Source: Bilabrum cf. latius
Lineage: Eukaryota
Assembly (NCBI GenBank): GCA_965178125.1
Contig: OZ237776.1
Coordinates: 62,001 to 126,000 of the forward strand
Direction: 5' to 3'
DNA length: 64,000 bases
Shown: piece by piece, positions 55,701 through 64,000 of the stretch
Numbering within the stretch: the stretch's first letter is position 1
Layout of the letters: each line of letters opens with the position of its first letter
Translations under genes and position numbers: made by a program
Notes under the pieces: generated by a model
Told to the model about the DNA's origin: nothing
The model's database searches: none
What the model saw: only the letters and a program-made list of their open reading frames with translations

Positions 55701-58700
55701 GCCGTTCATGTCGCCGGCACTCGTCACACTAGCACCGAACTTTGACGCCGACTGGATCGTGCCGCCTGGGACGCCCTCCTGCCCGTCCCTGATCACGCGC
55801 ACGGATCCGTTCACCACTGCACCGCTGGAACTAAGCCCAAAGTAGATAACCGCGTCACTATCGAGTGCACCGACAACCAGATCCACAGCGTGTTGGGGGG
55901 ACCGAGCCGGTATGGCAGCGAGCGAAAATCCAAGGTAGTTTACCATTGGGCTGATGGTGCTTAGCCCAGTGCTCTGCGAAATCATTGTGGTCGACGCGAC
56001 GGTGTCGTTGCCGTTCATGAGGTGGACAAACACGACGCCACCGTTTCCGAAGCCACTCGTAGCCGCAAACGCTGTCACTGCGATGTCGCCGAGCCCGTCA
56101 CCGTCGATATCCCCCAGACTGCTCGACGCCTGCCCGTACCTGCCGTTCTCCGGGAACGTTCCGGTGGGAATGCCGTTGAGCCCGTCCTGAAGCACCACTG
56201 TGTTGGTCACAGTGCCGTTGGCGTCCACGCGCAGCACGAAGGCTCTGCCGACCTTGACCACGCCTCCCAGATCGATGAACACCTGCCCTGCGATCAGCCT
56301 TGGCGTGTCCCCGTCCTCGCCACTCGGCTGGTCAAACCGAGACAAACCGGTGCCAAACCCAGATCCCGTCGTTGGCGTGATTCCAGACGCGTCGATATTC
56401 CCACCAGTGCCCAGATGGTACTCGGTGTAGCTATCCACGGTCCTGTCGGGGTTCATGGCTAAGACTGCAAACGAGCCAGCGCTGGAGCCGCCCCCGCTGG
56501 CCTGATCGAGAAGTACGCCCATGTCCTCGACGGAGTCACCGTTCATGTCTCCGAGGGAAACGGCATGGCGGCCCATGCGGTCGCCTGCCCGCGGGAAATT
56601 CAAAGGCAAGCCAGACTGCCCGTTGGCGATCTTGACCATGGAGACCACAGCACCAACCGGGGCAGGGGATGGGGAAGCACTCGGGGTCACGCTCGGAGTG
56701 GGCGAGGCGCTGGGTGACGGTGTGACAGACGGTGTCGCCGATGGACTCGGAGCCACACCGCCCGCAAACACAACAAACACAGCACCCCTATTCGACCCCC
56801 CGGTGCTGTCTCGCCTGGCGGTCAAAAGAAGGTCCGTGCGGCCATCGCCGTCCAGATCGCCTAGGGCACACCCCGCACTCAGCATAGAGCCACTCGTCAC
56901 CTGTCCCGAGATACCTGGCGTCGATGTGCTGAGTTTGGTGAAGCTCTTCACGGCATTGGTCGCGGTCCCGGGGTTGAGTCGGAGCAAAAACACGACTCCG
57001 CTGTTCGTTCCGGCTGCGCCGTCAGTTCTGGCGCCGACCAGCAGATCCTCGATTCCATCGCCATCCATGTCACCAACGTTCGCCACGGGGAATCCGAAGT
57101 ACGAACCGCTAGAGATTGTGCTTAGGGGCAGCCCTTCATGCCCGTCTTTAATGGTCACCACATCGCCTATCACGCCGGACGCGTTCAGCCTGGCGATATA
57201 GAACGTATCGGAGGCAGGTGTCGCGTACACGAGATCCACGGGGTTGCCGGGCAGCCTGGGCGCCAGAGCTGCGAGCGAGTACCCTGCGTTGCTCCCTGAG
57301 GATGGCAGCCCTTCCCCGACGGTTTCGGATAGCCGGATATAGTCTCGGACTGTGTCGTTGGTATCCATGAAGAGCACAAAAATGGCACCGCTGTCCGCCG
57401 ATCCAGCATCGGCCAGCGGAGCTCCGATTGCGATGTCGTTGAGACCGTCTTCGTCGAGATCACCGAGATCTCCGGTGATGGCCCTCCCGAAAATGTCCCC
57501 AGCGCCGATCGTACCGGTCGGCAAGCCGCCTACGCCATTGCCAATCAGGACTGTGTTATTGACAGTACCGTTGGGTCGAAGACGAAGTACAAACGCGATT
57601 CCGCCATCGGTTACCCCGCCCACATCGCCGTTGAAGGCGCCCACAACGAGCCTCGGCTGGTGACCATCATCCCCCAACGGCTGGTCAAGACGGGATGGCT
57701 CGGCACCAAAGTACTCTAATGTATTGAAAGGGGTATAGTCGAGGCCGCCATCTGCGGCGCTTATCTTCTAGAAGTGCCTTACGGTGCCGTTTCGGCGCAT
57801 GAACATGATCAGAACGGATCCGCTGCTGCTTAGAACGTCATCGTCGTCGATGATATGCACTGCAACGTCCACGATTCCATCACCATCGATATCCCCGATG
57901 TTCCCTGCGCCTTCCCCAAATCCATCATCGTTGGCAAGCAGGTCGGAAGGCAAGCCACCGGTCCCACTCGCGATCTTCGACACGTGCAGGGGCATCCCCG
58001 GGGCGGCGGGAGTCGGGCTTGGGCTGGGGCTGGGACTCGGCGTAGGACTCGGTACCGCCCCGCCCATGAATCCGATCACTACCGAGCCCTGTTCTGCGCC
58101 GCTCTCACTGTCCTTGTAGAACCCAACGGCTACTTCAGGCCTGCCGTCACCGTTCATATCGGAGAGGACCGCTATTCCACGCAGAAATGAGCTAATGGGA
58201 GCCACGCCGGAGAAGGCACCCTACTCCACGGTGACGATCTGCACGGATTTGAGGGGGACAGCGTGTCCTCCTGGGTTGAGATAGAGGATGTACATGGCAC
58301 CCGAGTTGGCGCCGCCCGCGGGATCTGTGGTACCAGCTGCGATCAGATCCGCGACGCCATCGCCATCCAGATCACCTGCAAGGGTGGTTGGATACCCGAA
58401 CCCAGATCCGCTGGTAATCACGCCTGTCCCGAGGCCGCCCTGCCCGTCAGCTATCACCTCCACGGACCCGTTGATGGTGCCGTTGTGGGTCAGCCTGGCC
58501 AGGAGGATGGCATCTTCGATCTCAGCGGAAATCACCAGGTCCACGGGATTTCCGGCAAACCTGGGCGGCATGGAAGTCGCTTCCCACCCCAGCTAGGTGA
58601 TCGTAATCGGCAGCGAGTCGAAACCCTCCCCCGAAGCCTGTGACAGCCGCTTCGCGCTACGCACCGTGTCGTCACCGTCGAGGTACAGCACGAATATGGC

Positions 58701-61700
58701 ACCCAGATCAGTCCCGCCCGCGTCGTTCCGCGGCGCTCCCACGGCGATGTCGTTAAGGCCATCTTCGTCCACGTCACCCAGAAAGGCCACGCCCGCACCG
58801 AATCGATCCCCAGCAGTGTACGTGCCAGATGGCAAACCGCCCTACCCGTTGGCGATGAAGGTCTGTTTCGCGACTGAGCCGTCTGGCTGCAGCCTAAAGA
58901 TAGCTGCCTGCCCTGTGCTACTGTCCGCGTTGTTGTGGCCCACAGCCAGGCGGGTTAGGTGGCCCTGATCCCCGTTCGGCTGCAGCAGCTAAGTTGGGCT
59001 GGAGCCGAACCGAGCTGTCGCAGGTGTCGTGAACGACGCGTTGCCGTTCCCGGAAGTCGCGCTGATCTTTGTATGGGATTTCACCGTCGCGTTCCGGTAC
59101 ATGAGCAAGATGTGGATCGCTCCAGCATTGGAGGCACCGTCATCATCCGCCTGTGCCTGCACCGCAAGGTCATCTGCCCCGTTCCCGTCAATGTCGCCAA
59201 TGTTCTCGATGCCATACCCGAAATGATCGCTGTTCTCGACAACGCCAGAGGGCAGGCCCCTCGTCCCACTCCGGATTTTGAACGCTTCCGTGATAGTGCC
59301 GGGGGCGGCCGGGGGCGGAGTCGGCGATGGGGATGGCGTCGCGCTCGGGCTCGGGCTAGGAGCAGGCACCGTAGCTCCACGGACAGTGATGGCAAACACT
59401 GACCCGGAAAAAGACGCCCTTGTTCTAGCTCCCACGAACAGCTGTCGCTGACCCGATGCAGACACAGGAGACGTGACAGCAGCAACCGATGACCCAAACC
59501 CATCCGAGATAGTGAAGGTTCCTGGCGGTAGCCCGCTCTAGCTGTTCTTGACCTCAATATGCGACACTACCTGCCGCGTGGTACCCGACAGCACGCACAG
59601 AAACATCTTGTCCGACGCTGTGCTGAGATCGCTGGCAGTGATTGCCAGGTCAAGAGGCGCCTGTCCATCCAGATCGATCCCAGCCACGCCCGTGCCAAAG
59701 CCCAAGCCCGTGATCGATAGGGGCGGCATGCCGCCGATCCCGCTTCCGATCTGCCGGTGCCAGTCCAAAGTACCGTTCGGCGCGAAACCCATCAACGTGA
59801 CCCTGGCACCTGGCTGCGACACTGCACCACCGACAGCAAGGCAGTTGGTTCCATCGCCCCACGGGCCCAGCCATGCCATGGAAAACCCAAATCCGAAGTT
59901 AGTCGGGAAGTAGCTAGCCCCAGGGAGCCCGCCCAGGTCCTTGCCGTAGGTAACAGCGTGCGAGAAATTGAAGCGATCGGTATAGTTTGCGTACAGAACG
60001 GCAATTCCCCCGTGACCCGTGTGCCCGTCGCCTCCGATGATGGCGTCAGGCACACCGTCACCATTCACGTCAGCACTCTCCACCGCGATGCTCATCCTGC
60101 TGCCAGCCAAGGTGAGATCGTTCCCGGGGATCGATTCCAGGTAGGAGCCGGTGTAACGAATGGAACGGTTGAAGGAGCCATCCGGCGCCAACAATAGGTC
60201 GTATACGTGTCCTCCGCCGAAGGGCTGGGATACTAGCAGCCTCACTCCAGTCCTACCATCTGGTACGGGCAGGTCATCCCATCCGATGAGGGGTTCTTGC
60301 CCCACAAAAGCAAGGCCGTGCCCCCAGTATACGGCGGGGCTAGTTGTAGGAACAGAGTGCCCAAAGCCAACCGAGTTTGGGCTAAACTCGACGTATTCCT
60401 TCACCGTGCCATTCGCGTGCATGAGGAACACAAATCCCTCGTTCTACGTGCCCGCCATGGCAGCGACGTCACCCACGCCGTTGCCGTCCCAGTCGCCGAT
60501 CGAGGTCATTGCAATTCCGAGTTCTCCACCGGCAGGAGTCAGCCCGGGAGGCAGCCCACCGTTACCGTTGGAGATCTCCTGCACCGCCTGCACATAGCCG
60601 AGGGGGTTCGGGGAGGGCGATGGGGACGGGGTCGGGCTGGGGGTTGGAGTGGGGCTGGAAGCAGGCGCTGAGGCCCCTTTCACCGTCAGTGCGTACACAG
60701 CACCGAGCGCGGAATGCTTAGATCGAGCTCCCACAAACAGCTGTCGCTGGCCAGAATCGGACACAGGGTACGTGATTGCGGCCATGGATGATCCAAACGC
60801 ATCCGAGATAGTGTAGGTTCCTGGCGGCAAGCCATTCTTGCCATTATTTACCTCAATATGCGACACCACTTGCCGCGTGGTACCCGACAGCACGCACAAA
60901 AACATCGTGTCTGCCGCTGTGCTCCCATCAGTGGCGCTGATTGCCAGGTCAAGTGGCGCCTGTCCATCCAGATCGATCCCTGCCACGCCCGCGCCAAAGC
61001 CCAGGCCCGTGATCGATAGGGTCGGCATGCCGCCAATCCCGCTTCCGATCTGCCGGTGCCAGTCCAAAGTTCCGTTCGGCGCGAAACCCATCAGCGTGAC
61101 CCTGGCACCTGGCTGTGACAGTCCACTGCCGACAGCAAGGCAGTTGGTTCCATCGCCCCACGGGCCCAGCCATGCCATGGAAAACCCAAATCCGAAGTTA
61201 GTCGGGAAGTAGCTAGCCCCAGGGAGCCCGTTCAAGTCCTTGCCGTAGGTAACAGCGTGCGAGAAATTGAACGGATCTGAAGCATTCGCGTAGAGTACGG
61301 CGATGCCGCCCGCGCCAGCATGCCAGTCCGCACCCACGATGGCGTCAGGCACCCCGTCACCATTCACGTCCGCGCTCTCCACCGACATGCACATCCTTGC
61401 TGCACCAGTGAGATCGTTCCCGGGGATCGATTCCAGGTAGGAACCGGTGTGACGAATGGATCGATTGAAGGAACCATTCCGGTTCAGCAGCAGATCGTAC
61501 AAGTCGCTCCCCACCAGCTGACCCACAAGCAGCCTCACCCGAGCCTCACTTGTCGAGCCAGCAACCGGTTCCTGACTCACAAAAGCAAGGCCATGACCCC
61601 AGTACTGGTTGGCAGCGGGAGACACGTGTCCGAAGCCAGCCGAGTCTGGGCTGAACTCAACGTATTCCTTCACCGTGCCGTTCGCGTGCATGAGGAACAC

Positions 61701-64000
61701 AAATCCCTCCTTCCGGGCCCCAGACATGGCTGCGACATCACCCACGCCGTTGCCATCCCAGTCGCCAACCGAGGCCATTGCGATTCCGAGTTCTCCACCG
61801 GCAGGAGTCAGCCCGGCGGGCAGCCCACCGTTACCGTTGGAGATCTCCTGCACCGCCTGCACAAAGCCGAAGGGACGCAGGGCCGGATCGGGGCTTGGGC
61901 TAGGGGTGGGAGCAGGCGCGGTTCCGCCCATAAAAGCCACAAAGACCGCTCCCCTGTCCGTGCCGCCCGTGTCATCGCCGGTCGCTGTGAGCAGCACGTC
62001 TGTCCGGCCGTCTCCGTTCATGTCGCCCAGGGGAGATCCAGCGGAGAACAGCGTGTTGGAGCCGACGATGCCGGCCAGTGCGCCGGTCGATGGGCGAAGT
62101 CTGATGAGGCTCTTCACAGCGTCCGTGGCCCCACCGCCGTTCAAGTAGAGAAAGTACGCGGCTCCATCGTTGGAGCTGTCAGTCCGAGCTCCGACGAAGA
62201 GATCTTCGATTCCATCCCCATCCATGTCGCCTGCGTTGCGGACCGGTGCACCGAAGTTGCCTCCCGCGGGTATCGAGCTCGTCGCCAGCCCCTGCTGCCC
62301 GTCGGCGATCGTAACCGCGCTATCAATCACTCCGAATTCGTTTAAGCGCACGATGTGAATCTTCTGCGCCCAGCTCTCCCCGATCACCAGATCCACGGGG
62401 TTCCCTGCAGACCGCGGTGACAGGGCAGCGATGCTAAACCCGATGCGAGTCCCACCCGTGGGCATGCCCTCCCCTGACGCCTCGGAAACACGAAGCATAT
62501 CACGCACCGTGTCGTTGCCGTTCATGAAAAGTAGCCACACGGCTCCCCGGGCGGCTCCCAGGATCTCTGTAGCGGGTGCGCCGGCAGCCACGTCGTTCTG
62601 CCCGTCAAAATCCAAGTCACCCACGGTCGTGACAGAGTGGCCAAACTGGTCCCCGGCCGCGACGGTCGCGTTGGGCATGCCCCCAGCCCCGTTCCCAATG
62701 ACAACAGTGTGGTTCACTGTGCCGTTGGGCAGCAGCCGCATCACAACGATCGATCCGGTCTCTGCACCGCCGAGGTTGTCTCCGAACATTCCTGCCAGGA
62801 GACGAGGAAGGTGCCCGTCATCACCGTTGGGCTGGTCCATTCGCGTGGGCTCCCCGCCGAAACGCTCGTTATCGACATCGGGCGTGTGATTGAGGCCGCC
62901 CTCGAGTGCGCTGATCTTCTGGTGGGCCTTCACCGTGCCGTCGGTGTTCAAGAACAGGATGGTGATTGAGCCACTAGCAGTCCTGACGTCGTCGTCTTGA
63001 ATGGAGTACACCGCCACGTCTGGCACCCCGTCACCGTCCAGATCACCGATGCTGCCCGCCCCCTCGCCGAACGAATCACCGTCAGCGATCATTCCGGATG
63101 GAAGCCCTCCCAGCCCGCTTGCGATCTTTTGCACATGGGTCACCACACCAGCAGGAGCGGGGAGGGGAGTGGGGCTGGGGCTCGCCACTGGACCGCCCAT
63201 GGTCACCACGTAGATCGCACCCGCATTGCTCCCTCCAGTGTCGTCGTGAATCGACCCGAACACGAGGTCTGGCCTCCCGTCCCCGTTCAGGTCTTCAAAT
63301 GCCCCGGCAAGGGCGAACAGGCTGCCGGTTGCAACCACCCCGGAAAGCCCGGAAGTAGCCGTTGACAGCTCCACAATGCTGCCTACAGCATCCGTCGCAG
63401 ACGCGTTGTTGAGGTGCAGGATGTACCCCTTGCCGGAGGCAGCTCCACCGGTGGAGTCCTTCCAAGCCGCCACTCCCAGATCATCCACGCCGTCGCCGTT
63501 CATGTCGCCCACGTGCACGATATAGACCCCGAACTCGGAGCCGGTCTCGATCGTCCCAGTTGGAATGCCGTTCTGGCCATCGGAAATCTCCTCGATCGAC
63601 CCGGGAATCACGCCACCGGTGGAGTTGATCCGGCAGAGAACAACCACATGATCTGCTTGCGAAGCGATGGCTACATCCACGGGATTCTCGCCGGCCGCCC
63701 GCGGTGGAATCGCTGCGATCGCGTATCCTAGCTGGTCCATGGTGGAGCTCAGTCCGGCGAATGCAGACCCCAACGCCTGGGAATGCTGGACGGCCTGCTT
63801 GACCATGTCTGTCTCTGCCATGAAAAAGATGTGAAGAGCGCCGTCGGTGCCGGCGGTAGGGGCTCCCACGGCGATGTCGTTCAGCCCGTCGCCGTCCAGA
63901 TCACCCAGATTGCCCGCAATATCGATCCCGAACCGCGATGAAGCAGGCAGGTAGGCAGCGGGCAAGCCACCTTCCCCGCTCGACAAAGCGGTGACATTCG
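46733..64000 (-). CDS. Giant extracellular protein (>5600 aa, 5'-truncated): serial FG-GAP propeller modules separated by P/S/T linkers, then Kelch-like, F5/8-fucolectin-like and LamG-like regions and further FG-GAP; intron 54748-55078
   Basis: Fourteen ORF-track fragments join through 15 TAGs (60444, 59538, 58989, 58842, 58593, 58221, 57768, 53873, 53378, 52316, 51242, 51122, 51071, 50138, 47681) and one GTGAG...CCGCAG intron; ends at TGA 46733. Motifs: GDLDGDGxxDxAVGA, QVDLG...IKMYGRGSCC...GRYVTL, WRVDL, PAPRKDHAAVV...IIFGG, VADGHWHHLAFV...LYVDG...FMGEIGELR. Confidence 0.85.
54903..55032. repeat. Intronic minisatellite, ~6.5 copies of the 20-bp unit AGCAGAGGACACGGGGGGC(C/T)
   Basis: Direct tandem copies with 20-nt period, differing only at one C/T position, inside intron 54748-55078. 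Confidence 0.95.
59428..61862 (-). repeat. Tandem intragenic duplication of a ~1.15-kb FG-GAP module (copies ~59428-60593 and ~60727-61862)
   Basis: Long identical DNA stretches encode GASYFPTNFGFGFSMAWLGPWGDGTNCLAVG and VQAVQEISNGNGGLP in both copies. Confidence 0.92.

Larger units (their letters stand above)
9239..56900. other. Dispersed, highly over-represented 12-mer GTGTGACGAGTG / CACTCGTCACAC
   Basis: Exact 12-mers start at 9239, 14186, 20566, 20692, 21112, 21205, 26311, 26338, 26655, 28017, 28038, 31788, 34706, 46936, 51781 and 55718. Additional exact 10-mer cores at 9752, 17060, 30861, 30968, 33541, 36367, 49888, 50154, 52219, 52371 and 56891. Confidence 0.9.

Overview
GC-rich, gene-dense nuclear DNA of a flagellated, mitochondrion-bearing protist (stramenopile- or bicosoecid-like by gene style; this is inference only), with GT-AG introns. 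There are two main results. (1) The ORF track is fragmented because the organism appears to read UAG as glutamine. I count 46 in-frame TAG codons in 9 of 13 genes. Several sit at invariant Gln positions (SNF2 DSDWNP[TAG]ND, DDX6 VEES[TAG]KV, FG-GAP H[TAG]KIS, and inside a CAG/CAA polyQ tract). I found no internal TAA or TGA, and genes end in TGA (11 genes) or TAA (1-2 genes). With TAG=Gln the fragments join into 13 genes: a CHD-type remodeller with a bromodomain, two giant FG-GAP surface proteins (~4300 aa and >5600 aa), CKS1, DDX6, a GRASP55/65-like protein, a CPT1-like protein, mitochondrial GrpE, CFAP100 and four uncharacterised proteins. (2) The dispersed 12-mer GTGTGACGAGTG/CACTCGTCACAC is extremely over-represented (at least 16 exact 12-mers and 27 exact 10-mer cores by manual reading). 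It occurs in both orientations, in several reading frames, and in introns and UTRs. No RNA genes, mobile elements or CRISPR arrays were recognised. All counts are by eye and are minimum values.
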